A stretch of 64,000 nt of DNA from Hormiphora californensis (Eukaryota; Animalia; Ctenophora): positions 7,874,001-7,938,000 of the forward strand of contig CM035357.1 in the NCBI GenBank assembly GCA_020137815.1, given 5' to 3'. The stretch's first letter is position 1. Each line of letters begins with the position of its first letter. Positions 14,700 through 28,355 of this stretch are shown here, piece by piece. A model generated the notes under the pieces. That model did no database searches. It worked only from the letters and a program-made list of their open reading frames with translations, and was not told where the DNA came from. The translations under genes and the position numbers were made by a program.

Positions 14700-16132
14700 C
14701 GAGAGAGAGTAGAAGAGAGATCGAGAGAGACGAGAAGGGAGAGTAGAGACTGAGGTCTAGAGCTAGAGACCCCCGACCACGATCCGACATGCGGCCACGA
14801 TCCGAGACGGAGACAAGGATGAGAGCCCCCTCATCCACCGAAGCAGAAGAGAGACGAGAGAGAGAGAGGCCAGAGGATGATCTGAGAGATCCTGAGCAAT
14901 AGAAGACGTCGCCTGAGCGGAGCATGACCCCTCACGCTTCGCTAGTAAAGAGAAAGGGGATGAATCATAGTACACGACCTAGTAATTAACAAACAATGCA
15001 ATGCGTGCTACTGGAGGCAAAAAAAAAACACAGTCCGCAGTCTTGGAATTATCCAGTAGGGATTTATAACTCGATAGACCGATCCTTTCATAACTTATAA
15101 ATAGCATATGTCAATTGACGTGTAGCTGGAAGACCAAACAAAATGACGTTTTTGAAAACACAAAGCAACGTATTGAGTTTCGATATATTGGTGTTATGAT
15201 TTATCGTGATTCTGGGATACTAATATTTCAAGAACATGAGCTAAATTATAAAGCATGCAAAAAGCTAAGTCAGTGATGCTTGACCAGATTCGAAAGTGGG
15301 TGCATATAAATATGCTAAAAGTTCCCATTTTACGAGTGATATATTTTAACAGGAAACTCTTCAATCCTTATCTGGTTCAATTCTTATTGAAAGAAAAATC
15401 AGTAATAGATATTTGTGACGCATGGCTCAGTTGATCGGGTTAAATCAATGATAATCAATAACATTGTTTGTAAACATTTCAAGTGACATAAAGTATGGAC
15501 TAAGAATCGACGAATGTTTTGAAACTCAATAGTTGATCCAAGATAAACGGAGCATGCAAATTGGAAATGAGTTCTCCCAAAACGGCATTATATATTCTGT
15601 TTATACTGCTCATAAGCAGTAGCCATATATTCACCAATCATACGATCTCAGTGCAGTGCAGTCCTGCATCATTCCGCGATTACAGGGACATATTTTATAG
15701 CTACAACTACTACTGTGTATGTACTGCTGCACAGTTGGCGACCCGATGCCCTCAGACTGTTTGGAGCCGAGGTTGAAGCTGGGCAACATTATTGGGTTCG
15801 GTATATATTTTTCCAATCTTGTGGTTACTGGAGCATGGGTAAACGGTATAAATATCCGTGGAAACCTCTGCTATTCTTTATTGTTTGGGAGAAAATGAGG
15901 GAGAGAAAATACAGACAATAGATTAGGTTGGGGTTGGAAAAAGTTGAAAACGTAGTAATAGACAATGCCTTGTTCTTGGAGTGCAATCATATTACGATCA
16001 TCGATACTCGATATATTTACCATAAAAGTGACACCGTGTATAAATTATGCTCACTCTAAAAAAATACACTTATCTCAAATATTACTTATTAAATGCAAAC
16101 AAATTCTTTATTTCGTCAATTCATTAATAATA

Positions 16133-16391
16133 CAGTCGGACCCCGATTTACCTTGGTAGTAGCTACCTGTTCCTTTCAGCTTGTACAAAGCGTGATACGA
16201 GGACCAAGGCTGGCGGAGGATTATGAGAGGTTACGAGTAACCAAGATTTACCGGGCCCCGATTTACCGGGAGGATAAAATTCCACCGATTTAGGAAATTA
16301 ACAATAATCGACCCTGATATACCGGGCACCCTGATATTATACCGGGCAAAACCCTTTCCCCCGATCATACCGGTAAATCGGGGTCCGACTG
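16133..16391. mobile_element. Tc1/mariner-pogo-type MITE (short copy)
   Basis: TA|CAGTCGGACCCCGATTTACC ... GGTAAATCGGGGTCCGACTG|TA terminal inverted repeats with TA flanks. Confidence 0.85.
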
Positions 16392-16491
16392 TAGCCTTCG
16401 TCAATGCATAAATCTTAAATCTCTTAATTTAGACAACGTCATGACAAAAACAGATTAGACGATTATATACTTCACATACAATATCTCCCAC

Positions 16492-17216
16492 TCAACTAAT
16501 TGGCGTATTATTATTCTTTCTCGCTTCCCCAGCAGCCAACTGTTCTCTAACTGCTTGAGCAATGTCCTCCTTGCTGTAGGTTGCAGTTGTTCGAGTAACC
16601 GTAGCTCGAGTGGTTTTACTCTTTCCACCGCTGCCAACATCTGGTTTCCGGTGGCGTGTGTTGGAGGAGGGTGGTTTGGATATGGGGGATGGTAGCTTCT
16701 TGGAGCGGTTTATTTGTTTTGAGGCACAAGAACATTCTTTCTCTCCCTCAGATAGTGGGGCAGAACAGTATGGACACCTGATATATGATTGAGTGGGGAT
16801 TAATTAGAAGTAAGGAATACTTGAAGTGTAAAATAGATACCATCAATTGCAACCGTCACGTTCACTATTTACTTACGTTTTTTCAAAGAAGTCATCATCA
16901 CTATCGGATAGATCCGTGGGAAATGTCCCATTTATATCAGGAACCACATACGTCTCACTGACCGTATGTCTGTTGGAAAATATACAGCTATTATACATTT
17001 TATTACAACTGACCAACCCAAAAACCTGGAATTCTTTAAACCACGAAATGTTTGAACTGCAGGTAACGCCTACCTATTAACGCTTTCTCCAGAGATCAGA
17101 GCACTGGTACACTCGTCATCGGAGCAACTGTCAGTAGTAGGACGGGCTCGAGTTGCAGGACTGGGAGGTGGAAACAATCCTCTGAAGAAGCCCTGAACTT
17201 GGTCTAGTACGCTCAT
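16492..17216 (-). CDS. Uncharacterised ~175-aa protein with a zinc-ribbon-like CPYC-x10-CSC motif (3 exons)
   Basis: Exons ~17075-17216, ~16877-16969 and 16492-~16777 join in phase 2/2: MSVLDQVQGFFRGLFPPP...DSDDDFFEKT|CPYCSAPLSEGEKECSCASK...PIS*. Confidence 0.7.
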
Positions 17217-18496
17217 GGGCTAAAGGGAAGCAATTATTTAGTGTCTGACAGGCAGAAGCTCAAACTAACCAGGTTATTACAATATCTAAAATAGGGTACA
17301 TATAAGTCAAATATTAAAGGCTAAGTTGATATATTTTAAACCATACACTATACACATTACACACAAAGAAGCAAACTGCTGTAGTAGTGGTGGAGAGAGT
17401 AAAACCTATTTGATGTTTATTTAAGTGACACATAAACGAATGCTGATCATTGCTTGAACCAAGGAGAAACATTCGGGGACCTGTCTGGCTAAATAAACAT
17501 ATCAAAGTACTGAACGTAGTACGTCATTCTATTGGGGAGCTAGGTTATGAAATCATTATATATTGTGTCATACCGACAAACTGTCTTTTGCTCTCTATGT
17601 CTTTACTAAGACTCTCAGTGATCTTACTTTTTTCTCTCCCTATCTCAGCTCTATCTCTCTCTCTCCCTATCTCTCTCCCTCTCTCTACATTCACCCTCCT
17701 GCTCTCGTGTACAATAACTTAGTACGTGGCAGTGACAGCTTGAAGAGATAAGAGCGATCCAGTGTAACTACACGGTTGACGTGGATGTACATTGTACACA
17801 TAAAGTGTTAATACAGGACCATAAGATTGTTAATCGATCGGCGTGGATCAATACAAACCGTTTTGCGATATTTTAAATCAAGAGACATTCAAATATATAC
17901 GCTCAATGTTATTATTATAACCCTGCATTATTAATGCGAGATATAATATAAAAGACATGTATCCAATGAGGCAAGAGAGCGGTACACGTAGCTTGGATCT
18001 CTCTTCTACAATGTACATAAATACAACTATCCATAATAATATTTTCAAACTTTCATCGATTTTTAATCTTTCATCAATACTACATCCTACACCATAAAAC
18101 TATTTATTAAGGATTGGAAAACTGGGTGGCAGTGTGTCGTTTGTAATATCTTATAGGAGGATGAATGACTAAAGGCGGATATGATGATAGTCATTACAAG
18201 ACAATAAACTTCCATTATATAAGAATGATTTGAAGTTATATTTAGACTTTAGAGCCAAGCTCTCCTTCCTTCACTAAGGAAATTCTGTTGATAAAAACTA
18301 TTCTTCAAGTTTCTAATAAAATTTGAAAAAAAATTCCCTATTTTTAACCGCAATCGATCAGTGTTTTATGTTTGGCTAAAATTGATTTGCCTAAACTTAA
18401 GCTGGAACAAGACGAAAGACGATAATGGGCAAACGATGCTATAGCGTGTACTAAAGAAGGAGTTCTTCTGCGCTCTCTTTTTTTCTCTCCTTCTCT

Positions 18497-18535
<39 letters not shown>

Positions 18536-18566
18536 CTCTCTATCCTTTAATCTCTCTCCCTATCTC

Positions 18567-18605
<39 letters not shown>

Positions 18606-20743
18606 ATCTCTACTTCTCTCCCTCTCGCTGAAGTACACGAATTAGTTGTTAGCCGGAAATACAGATCTACTACTCTAGCTCAGCGATAGATCGCTTCAAT
18701 ACAGCTCATGGAGGATACTTATATATGTACGATAACTGGGAGCGAGTGAAAAAACATCTGACAAATTAGTTAACTCGTGGATATACTGGTTGTATAATTA
18801 AGCTAGAAGAAAAACATGTCAACTGTCAAGTTGAACAGTGAGAATAATCTGAGATATATGTGATCTATATAGCCACTTCTAATGTAGTGCAATGATGCAA
18901 TTACATAACATGTCAATTGTCATGTGAGTCAGTACTGCAGATGAGTTGTTTAACCTCAGCCTCCATCTTGAATGCCTTCGCCATTTACCCGGGCAGGGAA
19001 AAAAATTATAAAACTCCTAAAAAAGTGAGAGCAGGAAGTCTTTGATTCTATAAATCTCCTATGTTTTTAACCACAAGACATTCATACATAATTCTTTAAA
19101 TGCGTGTGGGAAACAATGCAGTTCTACACTAATTTAGTCTGACATAGATCATTTTTCCGTGCAATTTCCAGCAGGGAAAATGCGCCATCTTCACTTGAGT
19201 GTATGTGACAATGTGTTCTACTGCAGAGGGTAGCTCCTTCACGCTATAACGAATCAGCAAGGAGGCATACCATTAAATAGCAGAGTAACGAAGTAGAAGC
19301 TACCGTGCTACTTAAAGGACCTCTTTTGTGTATGTTACCACACACACACAAACAAATGGACACGCAGGGGGGGGGGAGAATAATAAATGCTTAGAAATAG
19401 ATGCGTGACAAAGGAATTGGATGTATTATATAATAAGGGGACGAGCTAGGCAACTGAACTGCTTATCGTGTCAAATAATAACAAAATACTGGTTCATGAA
19501 AACAGAAAACTAGTTTGTGGTACATAACCCGAGGGGTAGCAACCTCAGTTGCCCGATATAAAGCCTTCTAGTCTAGATACAGCAGCACAATGTCAAACAG
19601 TAAAGGGGTTGGGGTTCTGAAATCTTGCCTGCTATTTCAAGGGCAGCAATTTTAGAACTCTTTTACGAGGCACACATGTAGTCATGATGAGAGCACATGC
19701 ATATTTAGGTGGATGAGAGATGGTGAATGGGCATCATGGGCATGAGTGAATATACATAACAAACCAAATTGGGCCTTGATATATGATGCATGAGCTGCAA
19801 ATTGAAGAATAATAAATGCTAATATATAGCGGCCAGTGTGCATGAGTTATGTCTTGTGATCATTATCGGAGCTACTGCATGATGTATTATCATGTGGTGT
19901 ATAACAGGGTGTTCTACACCCTCTACAAAGGCATTACAGCTACACATTTATTATACGAGTTACTCTAATACTACTGTTAACAAATATAGCACTGTCTAAA
20001 TATATGTTTCTTATAAAGACAATGATACACATAATTAGAATGGTCATGAAGCCTTCATCGAAATGAGAGAATGGTAGGTCATAATGATTGCATCTTTCAT
20101 TAAAATCTAGTGACGAGTCAAATGAGGAAGAATTAGTTCCCATGGCAACCGATAATTAGAACTCATAAATTATCTAATTTTACAAATAACCGCAGAACTG
20201 AAGCTGAAGAGTAGGCTTGGCTAAGTTCATAAAAATAGTTTTGAAAATTCTTTTTCTGACGTGCTTCACTCTTTCTTTCTTTCTTCTTTCCTTCTTACTT
20301 TCAAGCCTCTCTCTTTCTCTCTCTCTCTCTCTCTGGACTCTGTCTATGTTATTATCATTTTGGTAATGCAATTGTGAAGTCAACATAGTGGAAGCTGCTG
20401 CAGCACCAGCTAGTTCGACATTTTAACGGAAGCACCCATATGAAACACATCGACACAATTGTGTAGTGGAACCTGTCGTCCTGTTCCGATGTGCTATGGA
20501 AACATACATAATATTTTGGTACCAACACTCTTCTCAGTTAAAGAGACAAGATTCAAGAAGTAGATTCAAGAAACAAAGTGGTGTATGATGGAAAGATGAT
20601 GAAAGGGGTCGTTATACAACAAAAGGATACATCGCGCACACACACACACAAAAAACATGGTTACGATCATTTTCTGAACAAAGAGCTGAGAGAAAGACAA
20701 TGAGCAAAGACGGTCCACATGATGCATAGAAGAAGGGAAGCGA

Positions 20744-20872
<129 letters not shown>

Positions 20873-22196
20873 AACGATGTATGATGTGTGTGGGTCAGAA
20901 AACAATAGCTCGCTTTAGCCTGTCTGTCTCCCCCTATTCGTGGTACTTGCCCACCACAAACACACAAGTGTAGTACGATACATATCTCAAGGGGGTTACC
21001 AAGAGGGGTAGACATGACTGATAGAGAGAGATAGATAGCGGGGCACGTACAAAGAAACTATAATTATAGTTGTCGAAGACTTGAGTCAAACAGTTCATCT
21101 TTATTAAGTTCGATTAGCCAGTATGTAAAGTGTAAACGATAAACCTCGATATATGGAAAGAGAGGAGAATGGGGCGAGGATGAGCAATAGAAGATAGGAT
21201 ATAATTGGGGAAGAGAGAGGGAGAGAGGGGGATAGAGAGAAGGAAGGCTTTGTGGTAAAAAGGGAGAGATATGGATATATTCAAAAGCGGAGAAAGGCAG
21301 CTGAATAGTTGGAGGAATCGTTGACATCATGGGAAGCGAATATGCGTACACCAAGAGATTTAGGGAGAGGGAAAGAAGGGGACACGAGAGAGATAGATCA
21401 GAGAGGGGGCGGGAAATTAGTTTTTCCTAGATTTGCGTTCGGTATAGTAATTGTGATCGATAATTCGACTTACCTCAACAATTCGTGAGAAATATATCGA
21501 ATCTATCATATCATATAGCTCACGTAACAGAATTATGTTTCATTCATATAATATCAAGATTTCTTCAAAGATTTTCCTTTACAACATCGAAACGTCACAG
21601 ATAAGAGCTGTAACCTACGATTCTGTGGATACTCAAAGAAAGCACATGAAACCAAAAAGAAATTCATCAATCATATAAGATCATGTCTCACATGCATTTC
21701 AATGGCTGTGAAAGACAGCTGTAGATAAGTGATAGATATTAGATAAAAACTTTCTTGAGAAAGAAAGCGTGATATCAGAGAGATAGAGATATATAAATTA
21801 CGAGAGATAGATCTAGAGAGACAGAAAGAGATGGAGATACTACTAATAAAAACCATGTGTTTTGTAATAGGATATGAGATGTGGTACCTTACATCTATCT
21901 GCTCCAGCGGAGCAGCTTCACTGATCTTCACCGAACCGTGTAAAAGTGTATGGAACTACCTTGTTGTAAACTCAATAGAGACTTGTGTTTTACTTAGAGA
22001 TCACTTTTCATGGAATTTATCAGAAAAGCTGATTAAAAGATTCGTCCGACTACCGCCGGCCCCACGAAAACGATGGCATAAGAAATCCACAAGCGCGACA
22101 CAAATAACACAACACCCATCCAGCCAGAACCGCCGCGCCACCGAATCCAAATCCTTGAATTTACCACTTTTGATCCGCCCATCGGTTGGTAGGATT

Positions 22197-23524
22197 CAGG
22201 AAGCGACCGAATATTCGGTTCGGTTCGGTTCGGAAATTCGGTGTTTTTTGGGCGGTTCGGTTCGGTTCGGTTCGGTAGGAAATTTTGGCCGAACCACCGA
22301 ATATTTTGGTCAAAAAAATGCCCAGAAATCGGGCTTTTTCATTCAAAATTTTTCAATTATTTCACGAAAATTGTATGGATTTCAATGTCAATTTCGCCGT
22401 ATTAACCCTATTTCAAATCGGTGGTGCTATGTGGAAATGATTTCGCTAGTTAGCGGGTTCGATATGGATTGATTTGATACCTGACTTCCCGTCGAATCGT
22501 GTCCTCATGAGAGGGTCAACAAATTCAGAAACTTTTTTTTCAAAAAATTCATGGAGAGCACCGATCAAGGTGTTAAGAATCATTCTCTGAAATTTTGTAA
22601 AAAAGTTTGGAAAATATTTCAAAGTCAATTTTATGGAAAATTTTCTATGTCAATTTTTGCGTACGAATCGTGTTTCGAATCGCTATTGCTAAGCGGGAGT
22701 GATGTTGCTAATTAGTGGGTCCGAGATGGATTATGCTGATACGTGATCCCCCATCAAATCTAATTAGGAAGTTTAGGGGAAACGATTCATGTTTCAATAA
22801 ATCCTGCTAATTAGCGAGAGCACTGCCGCATAGCATCACCGATTCGCAACACGATTCGTACGGCAAAATTGACATAGATTTTTTTTCCGAAATTGACTTT
22901 GAAATATTTTACAAAGTTTTTTCACAAAATTAAATGTTTCTCTAAAAATTCATGGAGAGCATCGATCAAGGTATTGAGAATCATTACCTGAAATTTTGTG
23001 AAATTTTTTTTGTGAAAAATATTTTAAGTAAATTATGATATACGAATCGTGTTTCTAATCGACAATGCTAAACGGGAGTGATGTTGGTAATTAGTGGATC
23101 CGAGATGGATTGTGCTGATACGTGATCCCCCATCAAATCTAATTAGGAAATTTAGAGAGACACGATTCATGGTTCGTTTAATCCTGCTAATTAGCAATAC
23201 CATTCCCGTATAGCATTGCCGATTCGAAACACGATTCGTACGCAAAAATTGACATAGAAAATTTACGATAAAATTGACTTTGAAAATTTTTTCACAAAAT
23301 TGACTTTGAAATTTTTCAAACATTTTTTAACAAAATTTCAGAGAATGATTCTCAATACCTTGACTTTTTAGAAAAACATTTATACAGAAAAAGTTTTGTA
23401 TGGTTCGGTTCGGTTCGGTTACCGAAATTCGGTTCGGTTCGGTTCGGTTCGGTTCGGTAAAAAAGTTTTTCAAATTCGGTTCGGTTCGGTTCGGTGGAAA
23501 AAAACCCGGTTCGGTCGTTTCCTG
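22197..23524. mobile_element. Non-autonomous hAT-type DNA transposon
   Basis: TIRs CAGGAAGCGACCGAA / TTCGGTCGTTTCCTG (1 mismatch). Perfect 8-bp TSD GTAGGATT at 22189-22196 and 23525-23532. Subterminal (GGTTC)n arrays. Confidence 0.9.
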
Positions 23525-24739
23525 GTAGGATTCTAACAGTAACATCATGTTGGAGCATGATCGGGATGATGTTGGATCGGGACATACAAAAGAGCTGTTT
23601 CGGCGCCCCTCTACGATAGATGATCCGCTCAATTAGTTCCTACTACCAGCTACCTAGCAGCTCTTTGAGAGATCTTCACACTTCTCGTTCGAGCACGCTG
23701 TTATTGGGCTACATTAGATTACTCCTTTAGCACCTTCAATCCATGAGTGTGTGTGGATGTTGTGTGTGTACTATAACAGTGTGCACGGGTGTTTTCAGGG
23801 GGCCAGATAGTGTTTCACTAACAGGGCAGCCAGCTATGGCGACTATGTGTATGTGACGACTCATTCCCATGATCTAACCCCAGTTCCTTACTTGTTTGGT
23901 GACAACTTATCATTCTGCCTCATAGTGACCCATGAGTAGACCTACAACCTCTTATGCATGGTGTTGTAGGATGGATAAAGCCTAATACAAATCGTATTTG
24001 TTTACCATTTTTTACTCCGAGTTGTAAAAGTGTTTTGATGAAAGAGTGTGTAGGAGTATCCAGCCTGTTTTCTCTTTTTCTAAGCTTTCAGTCTGTAACA
24101 ATCAGACGTGACTGTCTCTCTTTCGCTAACTTTCTCTCTCTATCTCTCTTTCTCTCTCTCTCTCTCACTAAGCTTGTTATGCACATTGCACACAATCAAT
24201 GATTGGCCTACTGGATCATCGTGTATAGTGTGCGTGTATGCTGTGTACTTGTTGCAGAGCTATGAAACTGCTGCAGCAGTGTGATGCAAAACTGATCGCT
24301 GAACGTTCTCCGATAATTAAACAGTATGAAATATATATCCCCTGCTTAGAACATGAGCTGAACCAAAGTGTTAAAATGAAGCAGACTTGCTGCACGCTTA
24401 CATGTGTTGTCTTCTGGCGAGCTTGTTTAATAGAATTCCCCTCTTCTCTATTATATTCCCTCTGTATACCCTCTCTTTATAATTCTCTCTCTGTATTCTC
24501 TTTCTTCGATATCACTCTCTTTTGTATCGCGTTACTCTGACCTATTGTCCGAAACCAGCTTGATCTCCAAGTTTACAGTTGTACATGTTTGTGGCGTCAA
24601 TAAATTCACACAGTTAAAAACTTTGCAGCTCAGTGCAGCAGCTACAGTGATATGTATATTTTGCTGTGATCTCAACGAAACCTTTGACTTTTGTGTGAAA
24701 ACATTGTATTGTGGTGCGGAAGAGGGCTAGATAGTCAAG

Positions 24740-27330
24740 ATGATGTTTCAACTGCCCCCAATTAAAATCAACCTTCCAAAAACGAAACCCCGCCGACAGG
24801 GTAATGTGTACTTTTTAGTGTGTATTTTTAAAAACAAATTCCAAAAAAAATGAAGCGATTTGTTTTTTCTAAAATCTCAGTTGTGCTTTTAAAAGTGATT
24901 TTATCTTGAACTATCATTGCACTGCAGAAGTGGTAACGTCAGACGGGAGAAGGGTGACATGTGTACAGAGAGATACGGTACTCGACATGAGTCAAATGGC
25001 TTTACCAGCATTCCCAGAGAAAATACTACGCTGTACAGATCTAGAAACATTGAATCTAGCTAGAAACTATATTAGGTGAGACACAATATGAGACAGGTGA
25101 ATCAGGCATTATACAATGTGAAACAATACATAACTAGGTTAGATACTAACTACCAAACAGTCATCCATGATCGAGGCAGTTAGCCACTTAATTGCAATTA
25201 CACTAAGCCTAGTAGACGTGTTCACTGTTCTAATTCATTCTATAGGTCCCTCCCGAGGGGAATTAAGAAGTTGGAGGGTCTAGAGCAGCTGGATCTCTCC
25301 TACAACCGCCTCTACGATTTCCCAACCCCAATCTTCCGGCTGGATCAACTTAGAGAGCTAGATATCAGTAACAATGCTCTTACAGAGATCCCTATTGACA
25401 TTCGAAATCTCCGACTTTTAAATGTAAGCAGTAAGTTGCTCCATATTAGAATTAACAACTTAAAGTTATCCAATTTACCCTTATTTTCAGACATTGAATC
25501 TACGGAACAATAGGATACGATGGCTACCAAATAACTTGAAGAACCTCTCCTTTCTAATTTCACTTGACGTTTCGTCTAATAAGTAGGTTTATGGAAAATA
25601 AATCAAATATATTGTGAATTGTAATTGTAAATAAGAATTCTAATTCTGATGATAACACTAGGTTAGAGGAGTACCCTCTGGCACTATGTGGATGTTTCAC
25701 CCAGCTAAAACACCTGGACTGTAGCTATAACGAAATTACATCACTTCCCTACGAGGTATTATAATAAATTGTTACTTAAATTGAAATTGTTACTACAGAA
25801 ACCAGCCAAGCAACCATCTGGTTAAATAATCATTTAACTTCCAGTAATAAAATATCTGACAAAATCAAACGATGTGACAAGTTTCCCTATTTTCAGATCA
25901 TAATGCTGCCTGAATTGTGTCTCAAACCGGGCTCCCTGAACTTCACACACAATCCCATCACTTTCCCCGCCATGGATATTGTAAGAAGGGGTCTGGAGGC
26001 AATGAGGGACTTCCTGGAGCCCAAATGGAGGACTCTGAGGGAGTTCAAGAGAAGGAAGTTGGTTATGGACTCACTTCAAGCAACACGAACCAACATGACA
26101 AGAGTAAGTTCAAATGAAACTTTTCAGGGAACCAAAATGAAACTTTTCAGGGGACCAAAATGAATCTAGTCAACTATTCAATTATTAAATTTGCTCGATA
26201 AAAACATCTAAAACTAATAATTTGCACCACAGTCCAGTTTATGGACAACAGCTCCAGAACCGGAGCACAAATCCCCTTCCCCGGATCCTGTTGAGGAAGA
26301 CAATCCTCGACCAGCAAAGTCAGCCAAGAAAAAACGTGGGAAAAAGAGTGGGAAGGGGCGTAAAAATACAGCAGCTACTGCAGCTGCTGAGGGGAAGGAG
26401 CTAGATGAAATCAGTCATGCTACTTTAGTTGAGGTATTTTCATACATGGATACATTGTCAGCAACATTCAGATTCAGTTTTCAGTAGCATTGTAAAATAA
26501 ATACGGAATTCTACTTTCTATTGCGTGACCAAACAACATCCAAGTTACAATGATTCAGGAATATGGGGAAGAATTGAATGAGTTGGATAGGATATCAGAC
26601 ATTGAGAGTAACCCTGAGGTGATATCGGTAGAGGTATCAGCGGGACGTACTGCTACCAACTCTCCTTGTGGCACGACCCTCCCATCCGAATCTGTAGGTT
26701 TCCATGGAGACCATATTATCACATTAATTATATAACTAATCACTAAGCTGTCCCTGTACTTCACCCCAGCTAACTTGAGTTATTCTATCCAGTTCGATAA
26801 CTAAATAGCTAATACTACTCCTAATATCAGGAGCTGATAGATCTGATAGAGGAGTCTCTGGAACCCCCAGATCTAGACCTCCCTGACGACGGTCCCTATG
26901 GACGGGAACACAGTTTCCATAGCAACAGTGGTGCAGGGGGAATGCTGGAACAGTGGCTGGGGACTGTACAAAGTTTAACTGTCTCCCCCACTACCATGAG
27001 AGATGGGACCATCACAGACGAGGAAGTATCAACACACCACTTCACACCATTCTCTGATGTTCGAATTACCAAGTTAGTCATCAAAACAAAAGTTGTACAT
27101 ATTTTATTACACTCAACTTTTCCAAAAATCAGTAGCTTACCAAAAATCAGGGTGAGAATGGAAGTTCACACATTACCACTGCCTAGGACAGGGGAATCGT
27201 CTGACAGTGATAGTGATGGTCAGATAAAAGCTACAACCTCGGCAGAGTTTAATAGTTGCCAAGGGGACGACTCTGATCCTCAATCTCTCGCCCCTCCCTC
27301 GCCCCATCACTCCATCTCAACACCAGGTAG
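24740..27330 (+). CDS. Leucine-rich repeat protein (multi-exon); 3' end unresolved
   Basis: Spliced LRRs: LETLNLARNYI, LEQLDLSYNRL, LRELDISNNAL, TLNLRNNRI, LISLDVSSNKL, LKHLDCSYNEI. They are followed by an NPITFP...GLEAMRDFL cap and a Lys-rich/acidic tail. Confidence 0.88.
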
Positions 27331-27451
27331 TATTACATGGGAACTAGATAGCATTGCTCCCGGACGACTCAGCGATCCAAACCAAACAAGGGAACTAGAA
27401 AACAACAACAAGGGAATTAGAATTCAACAGAAACAACTGGAACAAAAATTC

Positions 27452-27544
27452 TTGGCACTGTTAGGAATGGCCGACACAAAAAACACTAACAAAATTTTTG
27501 TTAGTGTCGGCGGCCGACAGTCGGCCATTCCTAACAGTGCCAAA
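27452..27544. repeat. Short inverted repeat / mini-MITE
   Basis: TTGGCACTGTTAGGAATGGCCGAC ... GTCGGCCATTCCTAACAGTGCCAA, perfect 24-bp arms. Confidence 0.7.
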
Positions 27545-28355
27545 TTCTTGAATTTTGTACAAAAAAACAGTGTTTTATAAGGTGTCCTAAACTGTGCTAC
27601 TGGAACACAGGGAAAATTTATGTATTGGAAGTTAAGATTTAGTCTACATAATTTTGATCATTAGTAAACGGAGGTTTGAACCACTGTGTATCCTAATTTA
27701 GGATTAATAATCTTTGAAGGTCCCAGCTACAAAAAGAAGTTAAAACATCTTGTTCGCATGAACAGCGAACTATAATATTCAAACATGTTAAAGTCATACC
27801 TTGTTTAGCGGTTGGTTGTTCAAAGAGGGCTGGTGTGAAGGAATACCGGAATCAAGACATAATTGGGCAAATCGATACAAGCTGCTACCCGGCTTGTTTA
27901 CCAAGGGGTTAGCGACAAGAGAACAGCAGCTTTGACAAAGGCAGTAATTTAGAAGTAAATATATTCGAGGAAATCAAGGATTTATTTAGCGGGATGCTGC
28001 AAGAAAGGGGGTCGTACAACTGCAGCTGTGTCGCCTGGTACATTGTGAACCAGAATTAGGAAATGGTTTTGGTGACCTCAATAACAGGTCACAACACAAC
28101 ACAAACTAAAACTGAGTAGTTCGAAACTAGAAAAGGGTTAATCAAGTGTGGGACATGAACTCTATGAACTAGAAAGATAATTGAGATTTTGTTAGACTGC
28201 AATCAGCAATATCACTACGTGGAGTTTAGAGTACCGATAATACCCAATATCCCATTTAAATAGACAGCAAAGCAGCCATGCCCGGTCAAATAGAGTGTAC
28301 GTTGTAAAGTGACCTGTCGGATAACGACCTAAAAGTTAAAACTGAACCCTCCCCC

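Noticed and set aside
21831-23632. ORFs with GSVRF/TEPNR repeats as a transposase
   Set aside because: Translations of (GGTTC)n subterminal repeats; no DDE, BED or dimerisation domain.
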